Below are positions 1 to 11,719 of a stretch of 64,000 nucleotides of DNA, in pieces; position 1 is the stretch's first letter; every line of letters starts with the position of its first letter. Position numbers and translations under genes: made by a program. The DNA comes from Spizellomyces punctatus DAOM BR117 (lineage: Eukaryota): the NCBI GenBank assembly GCA_000182565.2, contig KQ257455.1; one strand, 5' to 3'. The notes beneath the pieces were generated by a model. It was not told the origin of the DNA. It saw only the letters and a program-made list of their open reading frames with translations, and made no database searches.

Positions 1-949
1 GCATTGAAGATGCCGGCTTCGTTGGCTGATGCGTACAAAGACACTTTTAGACATTATCCTTTGAAATCATAACCAAAACTAGCATACCCTTGGCCCATCG
101 CTGCTGACTTTGAAGAGCAAATTCATCACACTCTTTACGGGTAATACCATATTTCTTTCCAAGGTTTTCGCCAGTGATACCCATGGGAACACGCTGAGGG
201 AAACTGTCAACCAAGGCATGGGCAAGGGTGTCTTCCAATTTTTGGCTGTGTTTTGCATCCTTATGAGACCACGTACACGGGTACGTCCATGGAAGTAAAG
301 CACTTACTCTACACCATATCTTGTACCAGACCGAATGTTCCGAAGCGCGTAGGGTGCTTGGGTCATGTTTTCTGTACCACCGGTCAGGACAACATCCGCT
401 TCTCCCAAGATGATCTCTTGTGCTCCGTTAATGACAGCCTGGAAACCGGATCCACAAAGACGGTTGATTGTCAACGCGGGAGACTCAATGGGAACTTTGG
501 CCCGATGTCCAACATGGCGGGCAAGATAGGCCGCATCTATATAAAGGGAAGATTTCGCATTGTTTTTAACCTGATCGCTAAACCTTCCATAACACTGGAT
601 GTATCTGGCTTACCTGCTGAGGTCTGCAGCACGTTGCCGTAAATAACAGAGTCAACCTTGGTACCCTGAGGCAAGTCCTTGATCGCGGCAACAGAAGCTA
701 ACCCACCAAGCTCGGTAGCGCTCAATTGCGCAAGCTTTCCTCCGAACGCACCAAAAGGCTGCAAAGGTCGATACCAGCGGTTAGTGATAGCTGCAAAGTG
801 AGCCAAATTCCGTAGAGATACCCACTGTGCGCTTGGCGGCAACTTTATGTGACGAAAAGCAAAGAAGTCAGCGATAATGCAAAGAACGAAATCTCTAGGG
901 GTACAGTACGAAGCTCACCAATGAAAACGTCTTTGGCGATCTTGGACAT
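1..949 (-). CDS. ACAA2: 3-ketoacyl-CoA thiolase, mitochondrial ACAA2-type (spliced; 3' end runs off the window)
   Basis: Spliced N-terminus MSKIAKDVFI-VAAKRT-PFGAFGG; active-site INRLCGSGFQ; PMGITGENLGKKYGITRKECDEFALQSQQRW. ATG at 949. Confidence 0.9.
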
Positions 950-1137
950 GACGATGAGGTTGGTCTGGTGGAGGAAGAGCAGCAAGCGAGGCAGATGGAA
1001 ATTGTCAGCAGCTCGGAAGGACTCGGCGATCATGTGAGTCTGTCCCACCTTGGCTTAGTATTTGTAGATATTAATTTAACCGACCCACGCTCTCGGACGC
1101 GCTTTTGAATTTGCGATTTACTGGACGGACTTTCAAG

Positions 1138-2543
1138 ATGAGCAACGATTCTGAAAAGCCATTTAGTGCACGCCCCGAGTGGGCAGATGTCACGCCCGTG
1201 TCCCAAGATGATGGTCCAAGCCCACTTGTTCCAATTGCCTACTCTTCTGCTTGTAGGTGAACTTTGAACGCTACCGCGGTCCTCACCTAACCAACGTGCA
1301 ACTGTTTAGACTCGGATGCAATGAGTTACTTTCGAGCAATCTTGCAAACCAACGAATATAGTCCTCGCGTACTGGATCTCACTGCCCATATCATTCGCCT
1401 TAATCCCAGTCACTACAGTGTGTGGTCAGTCTCCCTAGTCCGATCTCAAAGGGCTACGGCAAGGGCCTGGCCGCTTTGCTCAAAAACGATCCTCTCAACC
1501 CTATGGATGATTACTCCAGGAAATACCGCCAAGATGCCGTAATTGCGAGGGATGCAGATCTCCTGAAGGAGTTGGAATTTGTGGAAGAGATGGCAGAGGA
1601 CCAGCCAAAAAGCTACCAAACATGGTAAGGATGGTGGGTCACGTTCAACCCCCAGTAATCTGTGCCCACGCGACGAGTGGGCACTAAGGGTAAGTCGAAA
1701 ATTACAGGCACTATCGACAGGCCATAATACGGAAGCTCGGCGATGCGTCGCGGGAAGTGGAATTCATCAATCGAATGCTCCATATTGACTCGAAGAATTA
1801 TCACGCGTGGTCATATCGGTAGGATTACGATACCTCCACAGATATTGCATACCACTTCTCATCAATCAACTTTTATGGCCTGCTCCAGTCAATGGGTCAT
1901 CTCTACCTTCGATTTATGGGATGGAGAAATGGCGGATACCAATCGCTTTCTGGACATGGATGTGCGTAATAACTCTGCGTGGAACCAGCGATATTGGGTG
2001 TTGAAAAATCGTCCAAGTGGTTTCACGGATGAAGATATTGCGGCGGAAGTGAAGTATGATATTTATCGACTGCGTCCTTGACGCCGCTTGGCAGCAATGA
2101 CTTAGATGGTCCCGGATGCAGATATGCTTTAGAGATGATCTATTTGGCACCGCGTAATGAGAGTCCATGGGCTTATCTTCGTGGGTAGGTGCCACAATGA
2201 CTGTGATCTGGATATAGTTATCATGAGTATTGACGATCTAGCAGAATAGTGGCACTCGGTGGCAAGACTCTTGACGATTTCCCTTCTGTGGAAGAGACCT
2301 GCAAGGATCTTTCCGATAAAGGGCAATCCATACCACATGCCCTCGCCATGCTTTTGGATATGAAGGTAGCGGTAAAGGATGTTGATGAATGTCGCAGGGT
2401 GAGTTTATTATAACGGGTCTTTAGGACTCGATATGTGAGTCTGACCTCCGTTTGATGGGATCCGCCAGATCTGCGCGATATTGGAGGAAAATGATCCAAT
2501 TCGCCAAAAGTATTGGAAATATCGGGCAGAAAGTGTCAAATGA
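1138..2543 (+). CDS. RAM2: Protein farnesyltransferase/geranylgeranyltransferase-I alpha subunit (spliced)
   Basis: [57 protein letters not shown] prenyltransferase alpha repeats; C-terminal DPIRQKYW. Confidence 0.92.
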
Positions 2544-2748
2544 AGTGCTCCGCGATATCAAGTGGCATCTTCAGGTCACGAAAACGTGTATATAATGACA
2601 TTGTACAAACAATTGCTGTCTAAAGAAGGTCATTGGCAGCTCAAGATAATTATTTGAAATTCCTACGCCATTGTTACGCCGCCGATACTAGATAACTCAC
2701 AAAATTATACAATGAAGAAAAACCTTTACCTACATAAAAATTGCCTAC

Positions 2749-5700
2749 TTATATTCCTATAGGCGCACGCCGCTCTCCAAACGCTTCCATGACGAAATCC
2801 CACAAGAGCACATAAACCTCCCGATTAGCCCCCCCGGCGGACATGGAATGATCGGAGTCAGTATATACTTGCACGCGATAGTTGCGAATGCCATTTCCGG
2901 TTAAGCGCCATACCAAAGACGCAGTGTTTTGAAAATGTACTGCAGAATAGTGACGAAACAAGGACGTTACTAAGAGCGAAAAATAATGACCATCTGAAAT
3001 GAGTAAAATACTCACCATTATCTTGAAGCGTCGGTGAGCGGCGCGGATACCAGCAAGTTAGTTTACTGGACCATAAATTCACGCTACTGCATGCGAACTC
3101 ACCATCAGCTGTTCCATGAACAAGCAAGAACTTGGTCTTTTCAAATCCTTCCATTTCTCTTACCATGCTCTTGTCATAGCCTTCCGGATTCATGCGCGGC
3201 GTCTTCATATACCTTTCAGTATATATCGAGTCATAATACCGCCAATCAGTAACAGGTGCGACAGCCATTCCAACGGCAAATAACCCCGAGTTGGCTTCAA
3301 CCACTTTAGTGGCCATGTAACCCCCATATGACCAACCCCATATAGCTATCCGGCTCGCGTCCACGTACGGCTGCTGACGCAACCATTGCGCCGCTGCTAT
3401 TTGGTCTTCTACTTCCACTGAACCAAGGTGGTTGGCCACCGTCGATCGGTATGCTCGACCCATGAAGCCTGTACCGCGCCCGTCTACGATGATAGAAATA
3501 AATCCGCCAGCACTTGTCACAGCAGTCATAAAATCCACTGAATACGATTGCTGTACCAGCTGCGAGTTGGGCCCACCGTAGACTCGCATCAGCACAGGAT
3601 ATTTCTTCTTTGCATGAGGGTCAAAATCGTATGGAACCTGCATTTGGACGTTCATATTCAGCACGCCACCCTTCCCGTCCGACTTTGCGCCGCTGGGGAT
3701 TTGAAAGAATTTGCGTTTTGGTACCGCGTAGAGGGGCAAAATGTCCCGAAGACGCTGATTATCCGCGACGTCCTGAAACCAGCTCCCGTCGGCTTTCACC
3801 ACTCTGCTCCAGGGTATGTCGGGCCCTCTGTATTGAAGGAGATAGTAAGCACAGCGAGGAGAGAAATTGGCCGTATAATAACCAATGTCTTTCGCATCTG
3901 GGTCTACGGCGGTAGTCCCGTTAGGTTGGAATTCCAGAGGAGGCAAAATGATACTCGAAGAATAGTTCATCGGAGGGGTCAAAGCATGTTTATTCGAACC
4001 ATCTAGATGCACGCTGTACAAGTGTCGCTGCGATGGACCTCTTTCGGTGCTTGTAAAATAGACGATTCCTCTCTCGCCGTCGATCCCGACAATGTCCGCT
4101 ATTTCCCAAAGTCCGCTGGTAAGCCATGCAGTCGGCTTCACTTCGGTCACGGTCGAAAAATACGCAATATGCGCGTAACCGTTTTCGTCCTCCATAACTT
4201 CAAGGTACGATGGATTTTGCCTTCCGACAGCTTTGGAAGGCGGCACAAATACGATCGGTTGTAACCGATTTATCCACCCGTTGTCGCTCACCACATCCTG
4301 TCTAACAAGGTTGCTCTTCCATGTGGCCCCTGTTGCACTGGTCTTCAGTTCCGTCAAAAAAAGCTTCTGGTGGCTTTGTATTCTATTTGTCATCCGGACC
4401 AGCATGGCATCTTCTCTGACCCAGTTGACCTCGACAATGAGACGATCATCGTCAGGGAAATATTGGGCCATGTCAAACTCCACAGGAACATCGAGTCCCG
4501 TTGCGTTTGGAGAAGAAGGTGTCGCGACATGTAGGCTTACAACTGGATTCTGCGCTCCAGGCTTTGGATATTTGATGGACACCTCCTCAGGATAGGACAC
4601 TTTCTGGTTCTTTTCGTAGTACTGCAGATGGTACTCTGGTACCAGTGTTTCGTTGAACTTTAGGTAAGCCAGATGTGTTCCACCAGGTGAGAACCACATT
4701 GCGTCGTGAGTCCCTAGCACTTCCTCTTCATACACCCAGTCCGCTATGCCGTTTATGATGTCTTTCGATCCATCTGTCGTAATCCGCACTTCCGTCTTCG
4801 CATCCATTGTGACGTAAAGATCATTGTCTCTGACCCAGGCAACATGATGACCGGATGGACTCCATAAGGCTAAAGCTACTTTTCCGCTTCCAATCTCACC
4901 GGGTATTGATTTATCGGACTTTGAGGTGGTTAAATGCTCTGCTTTTTTGTCCGCGACGTTCCACACCCAGTAATTTGCAAAGAAAGAGTGCCTCCACCCC
5001 TTCTCATGGTCAGTTTCCAACAGGATGTATTGCAAGTCGCGCGAAATTTTGTAGCTACGGAAATTAATGCGATTCCCGTTGGAGTCTACAGCATCTGCCG
5101 CCTGGAGAAGTGTACTTTTGTTCCCCTGTTCCACATGCTGAATATATATGCTTCCCTCACTTGCAAATGAAAAGTCCCCGTCGTTTCCTAAAGTAATGAT
5201 AAGAATACCGGTTATGCCATATCATTCCTGGACATGACATACCATTCTCCCATTGATACAATGGGAAGCGGGGACCAAACGTGTAATTAAATACGTGACC
5301 TAGCGTGATATTCGGACGGGAGGATCTCTCTACTGACTCATCTGGTTTGGAAATTGAACAGGTTGTTAGTACAGTCAAACGCTCTCCGAGGAGATGACCT
5401 GCATACCTGGGTACGGGCCATTGCTTGCGATTGATGCCAGTACAATCAAAACCAATACCACCGCCAAACCACACATCAGGAACGCTGGCTTTGGTACGGT
5501 TCGCTTGGCATGGCGCTGCAGGATCGACATTGTAAACAATCAAGGGGTGTATGCGGCGACATACATAAGAGCCTCACCTTCGCAACTCTAGCCAACCCTC
5601 CCAATAGTCCTTGTGCAGCAGGCTGCTCCACATCGTCCATATAAGCGTCGTCATACTCTGACAGCTCCTCATCCAATCTACCATGTCTTGGTCGGTCGTC

Positions 5701-5862
5701 ATCAAACCTCCCTCGTAATGGAATCCGATCGCCCCTTTTTCCATCGAGATTATCATAATCAACAAATAGAGCAGGGGTAGACCATGACTCGCTCTCGTAT
5801 CCTGTTTCCGAAAGGTCGACTGCAGCAAATTGCTCTTCTTCTCTCGTGTATGAGGCTGACAT
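2749..5862 (-). CDS. Type II membrane dipeptidyl aminopeptidase (DPP IV, S9B; Ste13/Dap2-like; spliced)
   Basis: DWVYEEEV, GWSYGG nucleophile, YDSIYTERYM, HGTAD|DNVHFQ, YTDSDHS; acidic cytosolic N-tail followed by a single TM (FLMCGLAVVLVLIVLASIA). Confidence 0.92.
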
Positions 5863-6193
5863 CGTGGCAAGTGTTTGATGCTGGCTAGTGTCGTCCGGCG
5901 GCATATGTAAGAGGAAGCAGGAGCCAAGAGCGGGTAGGATCTCTCTCCGCTTCCAAACACCACAGAGTGACCTTTCCCCTCGGTCGTCCTTGGTCACGAA
6001 TCGTTCACTCCTATAACCTAAAACTTCTTTCTTTTGAGTTGGGAAATGGATATCGTTTTGGGCTGGGGGCTCGTACGCTTCACTGGCGTCGCGGTGCTAA
6101 GCCCACGGGACCGTGCCACTTGCTTTGTTGCCATGACTCGCAAGGAAGCAGGAACTCGTCAACGATTCTGCAACGAGACCATTCGACACCAAA

Positions 6194-7206
6194 ATGGCTT
6201 TGGGAGTTCGACAGGCCCTAAGAGCAACATTGGCTCTACGAACACTGCCTACTAGGCTTGTATATGCACAAGTAGGTTTTCCTTTTTTCCTACTCAGTGT
6301 TAGAAGAATAAAAAGCAGTCGGAACCGCGAGGCGATCTGCAATTTGATATTTCGAGCCACGGAGTTAATCCGGTCTTTGTTGAAACTAGAGAACCAAATT
6401 CCAGAAGCCAGATATACATGTGTTCCTGAGAGAAGATATTGCGGGAATAGGTGACAAAGGTGCGAAGATAGCGCAAAAGTTACTGCACGAGTATTATTTT
6501 TTAGCTAACAACAGCGCTCTATAATTGCAGGTGAAATTGCTCTTGTCAATCGTAAGTAGTAGTCTACGTTTCTTGTCAACTGGAACCAAGAAAAGAATGG
6601 AATATCCTGATTGGTGGAACACAGTATCAACAGCACGCAATTACCTCGTCCCATTCGGTCTCGCATATTACGTCCCAAGAATAAAAGGGAAGGCCGTCCT
6701 ACCTGATGGATGGGAACCACGGATTCGAGAAGATGATGTCGTGTTAGAGACGGTACATTATTTCAGGGATATTTTCGCGATTGTCCTGAGCTTTTTCGTC
6801 GCTCATGTATCTATTCCAGATCACACCCGCCTATTCTACTGTAAAAGTTGAACAACGCAAAACTGTCACTGTCACCGCCACCAACGCTGAAACTTCTAAA
6901 CCAACCCGAGAAGAGCGTGCCCAACAGGAAGTCGAGAAACTTGCTGCTCTTGGCACTATTAAAGAACTTGTCTTTGAACGTGTCCTTCACAGACCAGAGT
7001 CAACAAAGATTTATGGTTCTGTGTCACAGGAGGATATCATCAAAAAGCTATTGGCTGAACATGGAGTATCCATAGATCGAGACGCTGTGCAGCTGGAAAC
7101 TAAAATCAAGGACGTTGGTGTTTACAAGGTTACCGTGTCGCTGGGAGATGGATTCAAGCCTGTGGACGTTGACATTATCGTTCGCGGTGCATCTACGACA
7201 CTATAA
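6194..7206 (+). CDS. Mitochondrial ribosomal protein bL9m (spliced)
   Basis: Basic presequence MALGVRQALRATLALR; L9-N VFLREDIAGIGDKGEIALV...ARNYLVPFGLAY; L9-C KIYGSVSQEDI...IKDVGVYKVTVSL. Confidence 0.8.
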
Positions 7207-7420
7207 GATGCTGAGTAAGGATGGAGAAATACCAAGAAAGAAGTAGATAGCATCCGCATAAGTCTAGTCGTTCATTAAGCGTTCATAGGGATTTCGATTC
7301 ATTATTTAAAAGACCCTTGTGTGCAAAATATACAATGCAAATACTGAAATACTCGACGTACAAGACATTACGAGCGTCAACTATACAACATGTACGGTTT
7401 CAGTGCTACAAATAAAGATA

Positions 7421-9345
7421 TTAATCCCACCCGCCTACGAGAAGCCCAGCACTCTCTACTTTGTCACCCGTTCTGCTATGTTCAACAGCCGCTGAAGGTT
7501 CCAGGATACCTTTTGGCTTCCGGCCTTTAACCTCCACAACAGCAATAACCCCTGATCGTGCATTTGTGGACTCCACAACAGGTGCTGGGGGTGTAAAAGG
7601 GGTAGCCGCGTCAAACAATGCAGCTGATGCTGCAGTCGGTGCGGCTGATGGTGCGACCTTTTCCGAAGACGATTCTGAAGATATTCGTTCAACTGTTGTA
7701 GTCTTGTAAGGGGGTTGCGTACTGGAAGACTTCTTTGCGGGAGGGTGCTGGCTTTTATGTGCCGGTTCCTTAGTAGCTGCCGATACCTTCTTCGGAGCAG
7801 TGGCGCCGTTTAGTATCGGCTTACTGGTTGATTTTCCATCAGTCTTCCCACCAGTACCGCGTCGGGGGTTCTTGCTTGACGCTTTACTGGAGACCGCAGA
7901 TTCAGCCTCCTCGACGAGGAAGAATGGATCTACTTCATTTACTTGTTCATTATGGGTAGGTGCGACCTTTTCCTTTCGTCGGTCACTTGCGGAAAGAGTA
8001 TGATTACCCAGTCTATCCCGCGGCTTTGAACCCTTTGACTTCCCCGAAGATCCCATCCCGTTGGCTGCACCGCCGTGCAGTTGATCATTCGTTGCCTCTG
8101 AATGCCTAGCGCGCTTGGCGCTGTTCACCTTACCGCTCGTCGGCCGCTCCTCTTTCTGATGCTTTACATCATGATCCTCCCGTTTTCGCTTTACATTATT
8201 TTCTAGCATTGTCTGCCCCTCTTGCCTTTCTGGCCTACTAGCAGGAATATGGGTATCGCCGATATTTTTGCTTCGCGTCCTCTGTGGCAATTCCGCTCTT
8301 GGTCCAGTACCATCCTCCTCCTTCTCATTCGCTTTCTCTCGTTCCAATTTTCGTTGCCTTTTCTCCATGAAAGCTTTCCGCTTGGTTTTTCTTTCCAAAA
8401 ACTTTTCATCAAATCTCTCTGTATCGAGCACCCGTAACGTTGGGCAGAGAGTCAGCAGTGTTTTACGATATTTGCCACTCGCGGCCTCTGACACGCCTTT
8501 CTCCTTTTCCACCAACGGATTGCCCTTCAGATTCAAATTGATTATGGCATGTAACGATGCAAGACTGGCAACATCCGCAATGGAGCGCATAAGGTTGTTC
8601 CCCATATCCAGGATTTCTAACGCAGGAAGGAATCTGATGTGATCTGGGATTGAGAGAATTTTGTTATCGGTGAGCCGCAGTTCCTTTAGGGAAGGAACCA
8701 TGCGCAGATCAGGAAAGGTTCGAATCTCATTATGAGCCGCAGAGAGTTTTGTCAGGTTGGGAAGGGAACCAAGGCCATCCAAATTCGTAAGTTTATTATG
8801 GGAGACGACTGAAGAAATAGAGGTATTTAGTCAAGAGAAAAGTTGAAAATAAAATGCCAAGGAAACCAACCGAGGGTGTTCAGCTGAGTCAGGTTGGCAA
8901 GGTACTCAAGGCGGGCGATTTTGTTGTGATTAAGAATGAGAGCTTTCAGCAATTTGCAGTTTGCAACATGGTGCGAAATACGGTTGACTTCGTTATGGCT
9001 CATATTCAACACTATTTGCCACCTTGGAATAAGTCGGGGTTTGCAGCGTTGACTACAACATGGACAATACTCACCTAGCAGCCTTTGCAAATGTTCGACG
9101 CCCTCCATACTTTCCAAAGAGTTTCCGGACAAGTTCAACCACGTTATTTCCTTGTTATACTTGATACCACTCAAGGCATCCGCCTTTTTTATAGCATTTT
9201 TGCTGAGATCCAGCTTGTGCAGGTTCACAGCAGCGGAAATGTCTTCAATGTGCGATATGCCGAGATCAGAGCAATTTGCATTGACCAAGTCAGATAAGGC
9301 ACTCCCGGGGTGGCGGGAGGCCAGAATGGCCGGGGTGAGTTTCAT
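7421..9345 (-). CDS. SDS22-class leucine-rich-repeat protein with long Lys-rich low-complexity C-terminus (spliced)
   Basis: Repeated LxxLxLxxNxI units, LRR cap NPL...YRKTLLTLCPTLRVLD, basic disordered tail. ATG at 9345. Confidence 0.8.
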
Positions 9346-9407
9346 TCTTGTCAGTGAACCCAACCTAATTGAATGATCTACCTTGACCCATGCGACCAAA
9401 GTTAAGC

Positions 9408-9438
9408 TGACGTCAAAAACAATTCAGCGTCACGTGAC
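9408..9438. promoter_or_regulatory. CRE palindrome TGACGTCA (9408-9415) and extended E-box GTCACGTGAC (9429-9438)
   Basis: Two perfect palindromes in the divergent intergenic region between the LRR gene and the GPCR gene. Confidence 0.45.
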
Positions 9439-9992
9439 CTCTCATCACATGGACGGAACACTGCAAGTATCGCTTTTCATCCGCAACTGTGTGTTTTTGT
9501 TGATGCATACGGCATCATGATTTATGCGTAATGGTAGGAGTCGTTGTATTTGGGAAGACATTGTGTAGACATTGTTTATAAAGTTTGCTTTCCGCGGAAC
9601 AGGACTATTCATCCAGAACAGGTCTTTTTCAGGGCAATGAATGGCCAAATGCCGTGTACCCTCATGGATACCAATGCCCTGCCACATAAAATTGGTAACA
9701 AAACCGCGGCCATGTTGACATCCGGCTATCTTTTATCACAAATCTTGTATTTGTTTTTGGTCTTTTCAATACGAACAGCTTGAGATTTGGAAGGGATGTT
9801 CCCCTGAAGGGAGCATGGGAAGTGGCTTACTTGCGGCGCGGTGTCACGTCCGTGACAGTTAGACGAACCTTTGTTTGAGAGCTATTTAATATTTCACAGG
9901 CTCACCCCAACCCTGCCGCCTTGTACGGAATGCTCTTGCCCTGGACAACCCTTCCTCGCTTTGTGCACCATCCCTGCTGAGACCATTCAACA

Positions 9993-11113
9993 ATGACTAT
10001 GGATTATACTCTGGGGTTTGAGTACACAAACTGGTCGTTTTATGTGGAGGTGATACTTAGTGCAATCCAGATTTGCGGGGTCATTTTTAATGGCTGTATG
10101 TTGTCTGACCAAAAGCAGCGTCATTTGATTCTATACTTGAGTTTTCCGCTAATGATGTGATATCTCTCGTTAGTTGCCCTCATCCTCTACTGCAATTACC
10201 GAGAACTCCGTACCAGACCAAACTACCTCACGGCCTCTCTTATTGTCGCCGATCTCTGTTTCTGTGCAGGATGCCTTCTGGTTCACATATTCAATTTTGC
10301 CGCCGGAGCTGCCCCAGGAGTTACAGGATGGGATAACATCAAATGTCAATTCATTGGCGTGTGGATAATGACAACTGATGCCTCGGCATTGGGGAGCTTG
10401 GCCGCAATCGCAACCGAACGCTGGTTTACAATCGTCAAGGGCATAACGCTGTCGAAATGGCAGGTTATATCTTTGGCGGCAGGTGTTTGGCTATGGGGTG
10501 GTTTCATGAGTGGGTTGCAATACTCTTTCGGAGGACACTACGTGCTCCAAGCGTCCGCTTCCTGTATGTATCCGAAAACCTGGTTTCTTTTACGCTCAAT
10601 GCTTTATGAATAACTCTATTCTTGATCATAGATTGTGTCGGACAATGGCACGGTCACGAGGCAAAACAGCTCATTTTCACTTTGCTGACCTTCACCACCA
10701 TCGTTGGAACGTACATGTGGTTTGTCTATGTCTACTGGAGCATTTACCGTTTCGTCAAATTCGTCCACGCTCGCATGCAGAGTGCTCTAGACAACGGTGG
10801 CTTATCCGACACGACCGTGGCAACCGATGAACGTGACTTTCAAATTCGTCTGGCTATCAAGTCCGCCATCCTTGTCGGGGTGTTCACTATCTGTTGGACT
10901 CCTGAGCACATGTATTTCCTTTATGAAATGATTAGCGGCCGACCTTCACCTGCATGGCTTGACAGCGTTGGCGTGATTATGCTTGTTATAAACGCTGCTG
11001 TGGACCCCTTAGTCATCTTGATGTTGGATAGCAGATGGAAGAGGGCTTCGAGATCGATACTCCGGCTACCGGAACCAACTCCTCGGGATGTTAATGGGAA
11101 ATTGGCAAAGTGA
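9993..11113 (+). CDS. Class A (rhodopsin-like), opsin-like 7TM GPCR; introns 10096-10173 and 10564-10631
   Basis: Spliced protein has GVIFNG (TM1), LRTRPNYLTASLIVADL (TM2), IKCQFIG...SLAAIATERW (TM3), YVLQASASYC (ECL2), FTICWTP (TM6), INAAVDPLVI (TM7). Confidence 0.88.
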
Positions 11114-11719
11114 GGCTGATTCATTGAAGATACCATAGAATAGGTTGAGACATTTTGGGATTACACTCTCTGAAGGTGAAGTTTGCTTCCTAAATGGACG
11201 AATAGCGTTAGCATTTGTATGAGCTAGATTAGCATTAGTTGTACAGTTATATTTTAGTAGTTTTTCTCAAATCTGGAGATTTAGTAGAGGGCCTATGATC
11301 GATAATCTAAAGCAACACTGTTTGCCAATTCAAGATCGCTCAAGAATGTAGCGGTTGCAATGGCAGCAATTTCCACAGAATGGCTGGGTCTAGGACCGGA
11401 TAAATCAAGAGATCGCTGGGAGTACCCAATGACTGCTGTGACTTGCACGAATTATGTAATATACTAAGCCATCTCCGCGTTGGATTACCTGTACACCCCT
11501 TGCCCTCTCGCCCCAGGGACCTTCCCCTGGTCTTCCTCTCGTCCAAGACACACAAAACAGCGTTAGCCGCTCGCATCAACGCTGCGTAAACACAGCGCTT
11601 TCAGTGGAATCTCCTTCCAAAAGTTGTCTCTTAGCCGAAAGACTGTGGGGCAAAGATCTCGTACAAGATCTGTCATCTGCTCGCTTCTCGTATATATCTG
11701 TCACCGCTGCACACGAAAC

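Noticed and set aside
2858-3110. Odd C-terminus of the 758-aa peptidase ORF
   Set aside because: It is read-through into introns after HGTAD; the true catalytic Asp/His exons lie in other frames.
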